Positions 24,937-34,945 of a stretch of 36,715 nucleotides of DNA are shown one piece after another. The first letter of the stretch is position 1; each line of letters starts with the position of its first letter. This stretch comes from Bdellovibrionota bacterium FG-1 (lineage in GTDB: Bacteria; Bdellovibrionota; UBA1018), in the NCBI GenBank assembly GCA_051382295.1, contig JBBCAW010000055.1, positions 1 through 36,715 of the forward strand, written 5' to 3'. The position numbers and the translations under genes are program-made. Under the pieces are notes generated by a model. It did not search any database. It was not told where the DNA came from and saw nothing but the letters and a program-made list of their open reading frames with translations.

Positions 24937-25959
24937 TCAATTACTTAGCGATTGTCGTGCCGAAAAAAAGACGCTGAGCACCTGTTCGGCCGGCTTACCC
25001 AAAGGCCCGAACCCCATCCAATATTCATCCGAGCCAGGTTCCTCCATAGAAACGGCCCAAATATTAGCGCGCACCAACGCTCGCTCACCCTGCCAAGCCT
25101 TACGAAAGGCCTCAAAACAACGCGCTTGCAAGCCAAAATCCGTGACCGCCGCCGGCGCTGGCACCCAAGGTTGAAGTGCGGCAGAACTCACGCTGGGATA
25201 GCCCACTTCAGTAATATGGAGCGGCCTCTTCCATTGTTCCGAAACCGCGATGAGCTGATCATGCACTGAAAGCCAAGCCGCATCCAACACAGGCTGTGTG
25301 GGTTGATTTTCACGACTCAGCGGATAGTAAGCTGAAACACCTATGGCGTCAGCCTCAGTCCAGAACGGATGATCAAGATCTCCCCAGTTGACGGTAATCA
25401 CCAACGGTCCGTCAAAATCAGCGCGCAGTTGATTGAGAAGCTTTTGCCATTGCGAGCCATACCGATACAGCGCCGTGGTCTCGCTGCTCACAATCAATTC
25501 TTTGAGGCCAAGCGCCTTGCTTTCTCGCGCAATCTTTCGAATCCAGACCCCGTACGTCTTAAACCAACCCTCAACATCTACGGGATCAAAAAATCCTCGC
25601 CATTGCCAATCAGGCGTCAAGACAATGGGTAAAAAAGAAACATTAAACCCCTTGGATAAGGCAAGCTGAGCCTGAATTTGGGGTCCCGTCCGATAATGAA
25701 CCTCGCATGCCCCCACATCAGACGAATAAATATCGGTTTGGCATCCCACATACGGAATGGACAGATGCTTCACGCCCGTCTGTTTAATCCGATCCAAAAG
25801 AGAGCTGACGTCATTTCGAGTGGCGTCATCCCAAATGACCAGCGTATACCCATCTTGATAGGCATCGGAAAAGCGAACCGCGTCTCGAATTCCCGACGAT
25901 GCTGCTTGAGCAGTTCCCCAGAAAATCGAACAAAATAAAAAAAACCTAAGCCACCGCAA
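24937..25959 (-). CDS. Secreted GH113-like TIM-barrel glycoside hydrolase
   Basis: Signal peptide; QWRG, WFKTY, VSSET (acid/base Glu), NW, DAIGVSAYYPL, ITEVGYPS (nucleophile Glu); TTG start. Confidence 0.8.
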   Translation of the reverse strand: MRWLRFFLFCSIFWGTAQAASSGIRDAVRFSDAYQDGYTLVIWDDATRNDVSSLLDRIKQTGVKHLSIPYVGCQTDIYSSDVGACEVHYRTGPQIQAQLALSKGFNVSFLPIVLTPDWQWRGFFDPVDVEGWFKTYGVWIRKIARESKALGLKELIVSSETTALYRYGSQWQKLLNQLRADFDGPLVITVNWGDLDHPFWTEADAIGVSAYYPLSRENQPTQPVLDAAWLSVHDQLIAVSEQWKRPLHITEVGYPSVSSAALQPWVPAPAAVTDFGLQARCFEAFRKAWQGERALVRANIWAVSMEEPGSDEYWMGFGPLGKPAEQVLSVFFSARQSLSN

Positions 25960-25974
25960 ATCAACGCACCTCGG

Positions 25975-26289
25975 TTAGTGCGCCGGAGTCCCAGAAGGCA
26001 CGGCAGGAGCCGCTGGCTGCGTCTTCGATTGAGCAGGTGTCGATTCAAAAAGACTTTTTTTGTTCTGGCCGCCCATCACCGTGAGGGTCAATGAGGTGAT
26101 CATAAACAATGCTGCGGCACCTTGAGTGAAGTGGGTGAAAAAGTTTGAGGCGCCTGAACTGCCGAAAACAGTTTGACTCGACCCACCAAAGGAAGCAGAA
26201 ATCTCAGCGCCCTTACCAGATTGAATCAAAATTACCAAAATCAAAAGAATACAGGTCGTAACGTGAATCACAGTGACAAGATTATGCAA
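25975..26289 (-). CDS. secG: Preprotein translocase subunit SecG
   Basis: LILVILIQSGKGAEISASFGGSSQTVFGSSGASNFFT; two TM helices. Confidence 0.95.
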   Translation of the reverse strand: MHNLVTVIHVTTCILLILVILIQSGKGAEISASFGGSSQTVFGSSGASNFFTHFTQGAAALFMITSLTLTVMGGQNKKSLFESTPAQSKTQPAAPAVPSGTPAH

Positions 26290-28398
26290 TTACTTGTTCT
26301 CCTTAGCTTTCTTTTCCTGATGTTTCTTGATCATTTCTTCTTGAACGTTACGAGGAACGGGAGAGTACTTCAAAAATTCCATCGTAAATTCACCCTTACC
26401 CTGCGTTGCAGAGCGAAGGTCAGTGGAATAACCAAACATTTCGTTCAGTGGAACTTCAGCTTCAATAATCGCGTAGCCCTCATTCGTGCCGCTATTAATG
26501 ATCATGCCGCGACGCTGATTGATCTGACCCATCACGCCGCCCTGAAACTCTTCAGGCGCTTGAGTTTCGAGCTTCATAATAGGCTCAAGAACCACCGGAC
26601 CGGCTCGTTCGTAAGCTTCACGGAAGCCCATCAAAGAAGCAGTCTTAAAGGCCTGCTCAGAGGAGTCAACGTCATGCGACGCACCGTCGTTGACAACCGC
26701 ACGAACCCCAACGATCGGGAAGCCGATCAGACGGCCTTCCTTGATGGCTTCTTGGAAGCCCTTATCGCAAGCTGGAATAAACTCACGAGGAATCGATCCG
26801 CCCACGATATCGTCAACGAATTCATAATTCGTGGCGGAGTCAGCAGGAAGGGGTTCAATATACCCACAAACCTTACCGAATTGCCCCGAACCCCCGGTCT
26901 GTTTCTTATGCGTGTAGTTGAATTCACCACGCTTGGTGATCGTCTCCCGGAAAGCCACCTGGGGCTTACCGACAACCACTTCGCAGGCATATTCACGCTT
27001 GATGCGCTCACAATAAATTTCCAAATGTAACTCGCCCATGCCTGAAATGATGGTTTGGGCAGATTCTTCGTCGCGATGAACGCGAAGAGTTGGATCTTCT
27101 TTAGTGAACTTATTCAAAGCCTTAGAGAAGTGAGCCTGCCCCGACTTGTCCTTAGGAGCGATAGCCAGAGAGATCACGGCGTTCGGAATGAACATCGAAG
27201 TCATGGTGTACTTGACGGTTCCATCCGTAAACGTATCGCCGGAGGCACAGTCAACACCGAAGAAGGCTACAATATCGCCTGCTTGACAGTCTTCGACATC
27301 ATGCATTTCGTCGGCATGCATTTGCACTAAACGTGGAATTTTTAGCTTCTTGTCGTTGGACGAATTGAAAATGACATCGCCCTTTGCAACACTCCCCTGA
27401 TACACGCGCATATAGGTCAATTGGCCATAACGGCCTTCGTCCAATTTAAACGCCAACGCCACAAACGGGAGTTTGGGATCGCTCTTGAGAATGACCTTCG
27501 CCTCAGCGTTATTTTGGTCGAGAGCAATGTTTTCTTTTTCGTGTGGATTAGGAAGGTAGTACGTGACCGCATCCAACAAAAGCTGAACGCCCTTATTCTT
27601 ATAAGCTGATCCCGTCATCACAGGGGTGAAATTCAAAGTCAGGGTTGCCTTACGAATCCCCTGACGCAATTCATCAACACCGATTTCTTCAGCATTAAGA
27701 TATTTTTCCATGATGGCGTCGTCGAATTCACCGATCGCGGCAACCAAGTCTTCACGGTATTTTTTGCACTCATCTAAAATATCCGCAGGAATAGCTTCTT
27801 CACGAACCATCTCACCATTGTCGCCATCGAAATAGAAGGCGCGCATGGTCACGAGATCCACTATGCCCTTGAATTGATCTTCGGCGCCGATCGGATAAGT
27901 GATCAAATGGGCATTATGGCTCAATTTTTCGCGCAGCATTTTAACGCCGCGGAAAGGATTCGCTCCGGCGCGGTCCATCTTATTGATGAAACAAATACGA
28001 GGGACTTTATAACGCTTCATCTGGCGGTCAACGGTAATGGACTGCGATTGCACACCGGCAACCGAGCACAAAACCAATACGGCGCCATCAAGAACGCGAA
28101 GGGAGCGCTCCACTTCGATCGTAAAATCAACGTGTCCAGGGGTGTCAATCAAATTGACGTTGTAACCTTTCCACTCGCAATAAGTCGCGGCGGATTGGAT
28201 CGTAATGCCTTTTTCACGCTCGAGATCCATAAAATCCATGGTGGCGCCAACGCCGGATTTGCCCTTCACTTCCTCGATCTTATGGATCTTGTTGGTGTAA
28301 AACAAAATACGTTCGGAAAGGGTCGTTTTGCCCGAATCGATGTGAGCAGAAATACCAATGTTGCGAACCATTTCGGTAGGAATACGAATGCGGGCCAT
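26290..28398 (-). CDS. fusA: Elongation factor G (spd/mtEFG1-like subtype), stand-alone
   Basis: [65 protein letters not shown]. Confidence 0.98.
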   Translation of the reverse strand: MARIRIPTEMVRNIGISAHIDSGKTTLSERILFYTNKIHKIEEVKGKSGVGATMDFMDLEREKGITIQSAATYCEWKGYNVNLIDTPGHVDFTIEVERSLRVLDGAVLVLCSVAGVQSQSITVDRQMKRYKVPRICFINKMDRAGANPFRGVKMLREKLSHNAHLITYPIGAEDQFKGIVDLVTMRAFYFDGDNGEMVREEAIPADILDECKKYREDLVAAIGEFDDAIMEKYLNAEEIGVDELRQGIRKATLTLNFTPVMTGSAYKNKGVQLLLDAVTYYLPNPHEKENIALDQNNAEAKVILKSDPKLPFVALAFKLDEGRYGQLTYMRVYQGSVAKGDVIFNSSNDKKLKIPRLVQMHADEMHDVEDCQAGDIVAFFGVDCASGDTFTDGTVKYTMTSMFIPNAVISLAIAPKDKSGQAHFSKALNKFTKEDPTLRVHRDEESAQTIISGMGELHLEIYCERIKREYACEVVVGKPQVAFRETITKRGEFNYTHKKQTGGSGQFGKVCGYIEPLPADSATNYEFVDDIVGGSIPREFIPACDKGFQEAIKEGRLIGFPIVGVRAVVNDGASHDVDSSEQAFKTASLMGFREAYERAGPVVLEPIMKLETQAPEEFQGGVMGQINQRRGMIINSGTNEGYAIIEAEVPLNEMFGYSTDLRSATQGKGEFTMEFLKYSPVPRNVQEEMIKKHQEKKAKENK

Positions 28399-28426
28399 GA
28401 AGTGTCCTTTGTCGTGCCGAGCTAAA

Positions 28427-28455
28427 ATTATATCGGTCGGGTGTTTCTAACCGAA
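28427..28455 (-). promoter_or_regulatory. Probable sigma-70 promoter of fusA-secG
   Basis: Minus-strand TTCGGT-N17-TATAAT (TATAAT at 28432-28427), then AAGGA RBS. Confidence 0.45.
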
Positions 28456-28658
28456 AAGAACGGCTTCTATCAAGGGCTTTTTCTAAATGGGCCCAGAATC
28501 TAGGGGAAATGGCTCGACAGGGTTTTCTCTCCAATAGGTCGAGCCACTGAAATTGTTCAATGATAATAAGGAAATCATGACTCAAAAATGGCGGAGATAA
28601 GATCCGAAAATATTTGACGCCCCTCCCAAATCTGGATACCTTCGAAAACCTCAATACT

Positions 28659-29192
28659 ATGGCAAAACCTCTTCTTTGGATTGATCTCGAAATGACCGGA
28701 CTGGACGAAAAAACGGACGCCATTCTCGAGGTAGCAGCAGTCATCACGCCCTTTGACCTCACATCCGTCGAGGAATTCCACAGAGTCGTCTTTCAGACGA
28801 CCGATGTCCTCGAGCGCATGAACGATTGGTGCAAAAAAACCCATGGCGAAAGCGGCCTTTCTAAGGCCGTCCCCGAAGGGACTCCTCTCCAAACCGTCGA
28901 AAAGGAATTGCTGGCGGTTTTAGACAAACACTATTCAGCCACCGATCGAATTGTTCTAGCCGGCAACTCCATCAGTAATGACCGGCGATTCATTGACCAA
29001 TACATGCCCGAACTTGCCAAACGACTCCATTATCGAATGGTCGACGTCAGTTCCTTTAAAGAGATGTTTCGAGAACGCTATAACGTCAATTTCCAAAAGG
29101 GAAATGCCCACCGGGCCGTGGGCGACATCCATGAATCGATCCGAGAATTGGCTTATTATCTTTCGTTCGTGCAGATTGCGGCAAAAAAATGA
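28659..29192 (+). CDS. orn: Oligoribonuclease
   Basis: WIDLEMTGLD, THGESGL, LAGNSI..DRRF, HYRMVDVSS, HRAVGDIHESI; start probably 28659. Confidence 0.96.
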   Translation: MAKPLLWIDLEMTGLDEKTDAILEVAAVITPFDLTSVEEFHRVVFQTTDVLERMNDWCKKTHGESGLSKAVPEGTPLQTVEKELLAVLDKHYSATDRIVLAGNSISNDRRFIDQYMPELAKRLHYRMVDVSSFKEMFRERYNVNFQKGNAHRAVGDIHESIRELAYYLSFVQIAAKK

Positions 29193-29629
29193 CCCAAAAC
29201 CCGGCCCGTCCGAGTTTTCAAGAAATCTATTTGCAGCTCGCCAAAACACTCGCAGAACGCTCAACCTGTCGCCGCCTCAAAGTCGGCACCGTGATCACGA
29301 GCACCGACTTCAGAAAAGTCCTCGCCATTGGCTATAACGGCAATGCGACTGGCCTTCCCAACACTTGCGATCGCGACGAACCAGGCAATTGTGGGTGCCT
29401 TCATTCGGAAGAAAACGCCGTAATCAATTGCGACGCCCCTCGCTTAATCGAAAAATTTGTTTTTGTGACCCATTTACCCTGTGTTCAATGCGCCAAGCGC
29501 CTCATCAATCTCGGCAACGTCAAGGCGGTGTTTTACGCCCAGGATTACCGCGTTCGAGACTCGCTGCAGCTCCTTAACTCTGTGGGGATTCAGGTCAAGC
29601 ACCTCACCTGGGAGAAACCGGCTGAATGA
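29189..29629 (+). CDS. Deoxycytidylate deaminase/ComEB family
   Basis: RSTCRRLKVG, GYNG, HSEENA, PCVQC zinc motifs. Confidence 0.92.
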   Translation: MTQNPARPSFQEIYLQLAKTLAERSTCRRLKVGTVITSTDFRKVLAIGYNGNATGLPNTCDRDEPGNCGCLHSEENAVINCDAPRLIEKFVFVTHLPCVQCAKRLINLGNVKAVFYAQDYRVRDSLQLLNSVGIQVKHLTWEKPAE

Positions 29630-32376
29630 ATTCATGGAAACCGATCTTTAGTTCCGCTCTCATGATCACCCTGATCACTGCTTGCTCCACGTCACCCAAA
29701 AAAACAAGTTCCCCAGCGGAGTCCACCGCTCCAACCCCCGCCGCGACGAATGCACCACTCGTCTCTACCCGACCCACCGCTCTTTCCCGTGAAATGGCGC
29801 ACTCACGTTCCAAACAAGTTTCCCACGTTTCATACACGATGTGGTTTGGACTGGATGAGGCTCACGACGACTACGAAGGACGGATGGTCATTAATTTTGA
29901 ACTCCGTGCTCAAGCCCGAGAACTCACCAAAACCCTCGGACTAGATTTCGAAGACGGCACAATCCGTTCCCTTACCCTCAACGGTCAGGCGCTCGATACG
30001 CAAAGCATCGCCCAGCTTTATGACAGCCACCGCATCGTCTTTAAAACCACCGATCTTCTTTCTGGAAATAACCGAGTTGAAATCGCATTTACCCATGCCT
30101 ATAGCCACAACGGTACGGGCCTCCACCGTTTCAAAGATCCCGTCGATCAAAATATTTATCTTTATTCCAATTTCGAACCCTATGACGCCCACCGCATGTT
30201 TCCTTGCGTTGACCAGCCCGATCTCAAAGCAAGCTATGAACTGACGGTCGAAGCCCCCCCCGAGTGGGAAGTCATTTCAAACACCCCTGAAAGACAAGTA
30301 TCCAAAGTCGACGGGCGCAAAAGCTGGCAATTTCCGCCTTCACCCCTTTTTAGTCCTTATATTTTCGCGCTTCACGCGGGTCCCTTCGCGTCCTGGAAAA
30401 GCGATGCCAACGGCATTCCGATTCGGCTTTTTGCCCGCCAATCCATGAAGCCCTACGTCGATCAGGCAGAATGGCTCGATGTCACTCGGAGTGGCCTGGA
30501 ATGGTACGGGACTTATTTCGGCTATCCCTACCCCTACGCCAAATATGACCAGCTCATCGTGCCCGACTTTAACGCCGGTGCGATGGAAAACGTGGGCGCG
30601 GTGACTTTTTCAGAAAGATTTATCGATCGCTCCAAAGTAACGGCAGATCGCCATCGCGGGCGTGCCCACACGATTCTTCATGAAATGGCGCATATGTGGT
30701 TCGGCGATCTCGTCACGATGCGGTGGTGGAACGGTCTTTGGCTCAATGAGAGCTTTGCCACTTTTGTGTCAACCAAAGCCCTGGATCAAGCGACCTCTTT
30801 TAAAGGAGCCTGGCAAGATTTTTTTGGGGGCAAACAGGGCGCCTACTGGGAAGACCAACTTGTGACCACTCACCCGATTGAGGTCCCCGTTCTGGATACC
30901 GATCAAGCCTCAAGTAATTTTGACAGCATCACCTACGGAAAAGGCGCCGCCTCGCTGAAACAACTGGGATTTTTGCTCGGTGAAGAGGATTTTCGAGAAG
31001 GCTTGCAACGTTACTTTCAAAAGTTCGCGCTCCGAAATACGACCGTGACCGACTTTATAAAGACCCTTCAGGAGGCCGCGGGAAAAGATCTCACCCAATG
31101 GCAAAAGACTTGGCTGCAAACCGCTGGCGTCAACACCGTCCGCGCGGACTGGGCCTGCACGCCCGAGGGGAAGATTGCTAAATTCGTTTTACGGCAAGAG
31201 GCCGTGGAGCCCGGGGCCAAGCAGCTTCGTGCCCACCGCACCAAAATCGCACTGTATCGGCTGAAAAATGGAAAATTTCAGATTTTGAAACAGGTCACCA
31301 CGGCTTACCAAGGTCCAAACACTTCGATCGAAGAGCTGATCGGAGCGGCTTGTCCCGCACTCGTTTATCCCAATTACGAGGATTATGACTACGCCAAGGT
31401 CGAGCTCGATCCCGTGACACTCAAAGCAATTCAGGGTTCATTTTCCAAACTAGACGACCCTTTGATTCGGCAAATGATTTTATACAATCTTTGGGAAATG
31501 GTGACGGATGGCAAGCTTGCCCCCCAGGAATATGCCTCAGTTGCAGTAGGGCAGGCTTCTTCGGAAAAAAACACCCAGTTTTTATCGCGCATCTTGAGCA
31601 CATTGGTCGATCCGAACCCTAACCAGGACTCAATTCTCAAATATTTGGATGGCGATTCTCGAAAAAAATTTCGCCTAGAAATGGAAAAACTCGCCCACGA
31701 AGGGCTCCATCACGCCCCCCCCGGAAGCGACCTGCAACTCGTCTGGTTTCGCGCATTTTTAGAAGCGGCCAACACCCCTGGCGCATTTGAGTTTGAACGC
31801 CATCTCCTGGCTGGGCAAGCCAAATTGGCAGGCTTTCCCGTCGATCAAGAGCGTCGCTGGGAATTGATCGACGCCCTAGCACGCGGTGGAGACTCTCACA
31901 CCCAAGGATTGATTGAGAGCGAACTCAAAATCGATAATACTGATAGGGGGCAAAAAGCCGCCATTCACGCGCAGGCCGCTGTTCCGAATACCCAAAGCAA
32001 GCAGCTTTGGCTGGATCATGTACTCAAGCAAGACTTGCCGTTCCCCAAGCTTCGCGAAGCAATGAGGGGTTTTCACTTCATTGGACAAGAGGAACTGACG
32101 CGTAAGGCTGTTCATCCCTATTTTGAACTTGTTTCGAAATTGGGCACGGTTCAGGACGAGGCCTTCGTTCATCACTTTGTCAGAATCATGTATCCTGCTC
32201 TCTGCAATCAGGACACGATTCAAGAAACGACAGACCTACTCAACAGTCATCCGGATCTCCCCGTCTATGTCGTTAAATCGCTCAAGATCAGTCGGCAACA
32301 AGAAGAACGCTGCATGCGAGCACGCCAACAGGCGAATACGGCTCAGTCCCTCAAAGTCAGTGCCACCGGGCAATGA
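29626..32376 (+). CDS. pepN: Aminopeptidase N (M1), predicted lipoprotein
   Basis: Lipobox LITA-C; GAMEN, HEMAHMWFGDLVT..WLNESFA, FDSITYGKGA; C-terminal helical ERAP1-like region. Confidence 0.95.
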   Translation: MNSWKPIFSSALMITLITACSTSPKKTSSPAESTAPTPAATNAPLVSTRPTALSREMAHSRSKQVSHVSYTMWFGLDEAHDDYEGRMVINFELRAQARELTKTLGLDFEDGTIRSLTLNGQALDTQSIAQLYDSHRIVFKTTDLLSGNNRVEIAFTHAYSHNGTGLHRFKDPVDQNIYLYSNFEPYDAHRMFPCVDQPDLKASYELTVEAPPEWEVISNTPERQVSKVDGRKSWQFPPSPLFSPYIFALHAGPFASWKSDANGIPIRLFARQSMKPYVDQAEWLDVTRSGLEWYGTYFGYPYPYAKYDQLIVPDFNAGAMENVGAVTFSERFIDRSKVTADRHRGRAHTILHEMAHMWFGDLVTMRWWNGLWLNESFATFVSTKALDQATSFKGAWQDFFGGKQGAYWEDQLVTTHPIEVPVLDTDQASSNFDSITYGKGAASLKQLGFLLGEEDFREGLQRYFQKFALRNTTVTDFIKTLQEAAGKDLTQWQKTWLQTAGVNTVRADWACTPEGKIAKFVLRQEAVEPGAKQLRAHRTKIALYRLKNGKFQILKQVTTAYQGPNTSIEELIGAACPALVYPNYEDYDYAKVELDPVTLKAIQGSFSKLDDPLIRQMILYNLWEMVTDGKLAPQEYASVAVGQASSEKNTQFLSRILSTLVDPNPNQDSILKYLDGDSRKKFRLEMEKLAHEGLHHAPPGSDLQLVWFRAFLEAANTPGAFEFERHLLAGQAKLAGFPVDQERRWELIDALARGGDSHTQGLIESELKIDNTDRGQKAAIHAQAAVPNTQSKQLWLDHVLKQDLPFPKLREAMRGFHFIGQEELTRKAVHPYFELVSKLGTVQDEAFVHHFVRIMYPALCNQDTIQETTDLLNSHPDLPVYVVKSLKISRQQEERCMRARQQANTAQSLKVSATGQ

Positions 32377-33107
32377 TCCGAGCCCTTGACCTCGGACTGA
32401 TGAACCACGCTTTTAAGGCGATCCTGATGTTCTTGGTTGACGCAAAAATAATCTAAACGCCACCCAATATTTTTTTCACGAACCCCTGGCCGATAACTCC
32501 ACCAGGTATAATGGCCGCCGCCTTTTTCAAAATGCCGAAAAGCATCGACGTAGCCCTCCCCTAGAAAATCCGACATCCAGGCTCTTTCCTCAGGGAGAAA
32601 TCCCGCGTTGTTTTCATTGGCTTTCGGATTTTTTAAGTCAATTTCCCGATGAGCAATATTGAAATCGCCACAAATCACGACCGGTTTACCCGTCTGCCGC
32701 AAACCTTCCAAAAATCGGCTCATTTGTTTACAAAACTCAAGTTTATAACCGAGCCGAGCATGCTCGCGTTGGCTATTAGGAAAATAGGCATTCACAAAAT
32801 TCAACTCGGGATACTCCGCCAACAAAACGCGACCTTCAAGATCAATCTCGGGAATGCCAATGCCTACTTGAACTCGAAGAGGTTCGCGACGCGAGAAAAT
32901 CCCGACGCCGCTATAACCCGGTTTTTCGGCCGAATGCCAAAACGAATGATAACCAAGCGGGTGAAGGACCGCCTCCTCGAGCTGCTCGGGACGGGCCTTG
33001 GTTTCCTGAACCGCGATGATATCGGCATTTTGACTCTCAAACCATTGCGCAAACCCATTTCGGCTCGCCGCCCGGATTCCATTCACATTCCAACTCAGTA
33101 AACGCAT
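32343..33107 (-). CDS. xthA: Exodeoxyribonuclease III
   Basis: SWNVNGIRA, QETKA, GYSGV, YFPN, CGDFNIAH, YTWWSYR, GWRLDY, GSDHCP; start likely 33107. Confidence 0.97.
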   Translation of the reverse strand: MRLLSWNVNGIRAASRNGFAQWFESQNADIIAVQETKARPEQLEEAVLHPLGYHSFWHSAEKPGYSGVGIFSRREPLRVQVGIGIPEIDLEGRVLLAEYPELNFVNAYFPNSQREHARLGYKLEFCKQMSRFLEGLRQTGKPVVICGDFNIAHREIDLKNPKANENNAGFLPEERAWMSDFLGEGYVDAFRHFEKGGGHYTWWSYRPGVREKNIGWRLDYFCVNQEHQDRLKSVVHQSEVKGSDHCPVALTLRD

Positions 33108-33217
33108 GTCATACCCCCATAAGATGGCCATATTTGCCGACTTTGTTAGGCAAAATCAACCTATTTAGAAGAATGGAGATGAGGCCGAAGAGTAGGTAGA
33201 GGAAGGAACCTCAAACA

Positions 33218-34318
33218 GTGCTTCATGGATTAGGACGCTCAATCAAAATCACTTTTGGCCTCGCTTTCGCGATGGGAATAGCCTTGCCCCCTGCGTACGC
33301 GAAAGCCCCGTGGGAGCGAGACTTCTATGAAGTCGTCAAGGACGTCGTCGGTGATTTTGAATACGACCTCCGAGATGGATCAGCCAAGGGGGTTCAAAAC
33401 ATCTCCTTGAGGAATATCACGACCAGCGAAAACATCCCGGCATCTTTTCGCGACCACCTCGAAGTTTTGATCAATGAGAGCATCGTGAACAACACCAAAT
33501 CCAAGGTGATTCAATGCATCGCCTGTAGGGCCAAACGAGCCACCTTGACCGGCTCTCATTTTGTCGTAAAAACTCCCGAAACCAATCCTACCGAACTTGC
33601 GCGGATCGCCAAAGAAGCCGGTATTGAACACTTTTTAGACGCGGTTTTCACCTTTCAGTCCACGAGTATGATTCTCTCTCTCACGATTTCGGACCCAAAG
33701 GATGGGACCGTGGTCTGGACTCGAAATTACAACTCCGAAACCAGCCGCGCCGCCGCCTTTCGGCGCGGAATCGACTACTCGCAATCTGATCTCGCGCGCC
33801 GGGTGACCGAGTATGCGCCCTCCATCCAATATCGAGGCGTCGTTTATTATCTTTCTGAACCCAATGTCACCGGACTCAGCGGGTGCGTAGGCGCCGGTTT
33901 TAGGATGGTTCAACGTTATGACAACCGAAAAAAAGAAATTGGCTTCGAGGCCGACTACATCCGAAACGCCGCAACCTTAAGCGGCACAGTAACGGGCGCA
34001 TCTGGCGGATCCAGCTCAGATCCAGATCTCTACGGGATGATTAACTTAACGCTCCTTTTTGTTCACAGCTGGAACTTTATCGCCAACAAAGAGGACTTTG
34101 ACAAAGTTCGTGGCAATATTTTGGTTGGGGTGGGAGGAACCTACTCTGCCGGATATATGGGCGGACTCATCCGAACGGGTTGGGAATGGCGTTTAGCCAA
34201 ACATTTTGCGGTCAATGCCGTGGTGGGATTCAGACCCAGCTCGACCGCGATGATCGGGGCTAAAGGCACGACGATCTCCGGAGCGGAGATCGGCGCGGGA
34301 ATCAACTTACTTTACTGA
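33218..34318 (+). CDS. Exported protein with CsgG/TolB_N/FlgO-like N-domain and C-terminal outer-membrane beta-barrel (module B)
   Basis: Signal peptide (..PAYA); ELARIAKEAGIEHFLDAVF..LSLTISDPKDGTVVW pattern; CIAC; amphipathic strands ending AEIGAGINLLY. Confidence 0.65.
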   Translation: MLHGLGRSIKITFGLAFAMGIALPPAYAKAPWERDFYEVVKDVVGDFEYDLRDGSAKGVQNISLRNITTSENIPASFRDHLEVLINESIVNNTKSKVIQCIACRAKRATLTGSHFVVKTPETNPTELARIAKEAGIEHFLDAVFTFQSTSMILSLTISDPKDGTVVWTRNYNSETSRAAAFRRGIDYSQSDLARRVTEYAPSIQYRGVVYYLSEPNVTGLSGCVGAGFRMVQRYDNRKKEIGFEADYIRNAATLSGTVTGASGGSSSDPDLYGMINLTLLFVHSWNFIANKEDFDKVRGNILVGVGGTYSAGYMGGLIRTGWEWRLAKHFAVNAVVGFRPSSTAMIGAKGTTISGAEIGAGINLLY

Positions 34319-34333
34319 GAATAGGAGGAAAAA

Positions 34334-34945
34334 GTGAAAAGGATCATAATTGCAAGCGCTCTCACTACTTTGACCCTCTCAGGTTGTGCCTCCGTCAAGT
34401 CTTTCCTTGCGCTCAATGCTTATGACAACACGCCTCCCCCCATTCACAACCCCTTTGATGCGTACGACTCAAAAACCGACTCCACCGACAACATTATTAT
34501 GCGCACCCGCAAGGGCGAACGGTCCATGGAAGTCGAACTTCCAGGCGGAACCTCCCACCTCTCGGAACTCAGCATTCCGGTTTCAAGCGCGTTGCAGGAT
34601 ACCGTCGCGCGAAACCCAGCCTCGGTCTCCCCGATCGAAGATCCAGGCGCCAACGACCCTTCGGCCGAGGGTAACGAAAGTTACGTTTCTGCGCTCAAAC
34701 ATGTGCAATACCTCTATAAATCCCGCCGTTTTGAGGCCGCACTTATCGAAATCGATCACATCCTCAAACAATACCCTACCGCCTCTAAGCTGCATCAAAT
34801 GCGCGGGACTTTACTCGATAGAATCGGACAGCCGCAACTCGCCCTAAAAAGCTGGAGACATGCCCTAGAGCTCGACTCGGGCAATGTGACCTTACGGCGC
34901 TTTGTGGACTCACGCGAACAAAAAAGGAGCCTAGCCTCACCATGA
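34334..34945 (+). CDS. TPR-containing lipoprotein (module B)
   Basis: AGGAGG RBS; lipobox LSG-C; TPR pair (AALIEIDHILKQYPT..ALKSWRHALELDSGN). Confidence 0.85.
   Translation: MKRIIIASALTTLTLSGCASVKSFLALNAYDNTPPPIHNPFDAYDSKTDSTDNIIMRTRKGERSMEVELPGGTSHLSELSIPVSSALQDTVARNPASVSPIEDPGANDPSAEGNESYVSALKHVQYLYKSRRFEAALIEIDHILKQYPTASKLHQMRGTLLDRIGQPQLALKSWRHALELDSGNVTLRRFVDSREQKRSLASP

Noticed and set aside
26173..28425. Long plus-strand ORFs opposite fusA (26173-27030, 27874-28425)
   Set aside because: Antisense shadows of a highly codon-biased gene with no recognisable motifs
29189..29629. Deaminase as an anti-phage dCTP deaminase
   Set aside because: A short single-domain ComEB/dCMP type without the kinase-like domain, in an orn-pepN housekeeping operon
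33165..33191. Sigma-28 promoter for module B (GCCGAAGA)
   Set aside because: The -10-like box is present but the -35 position reads TTAG, too weak to call
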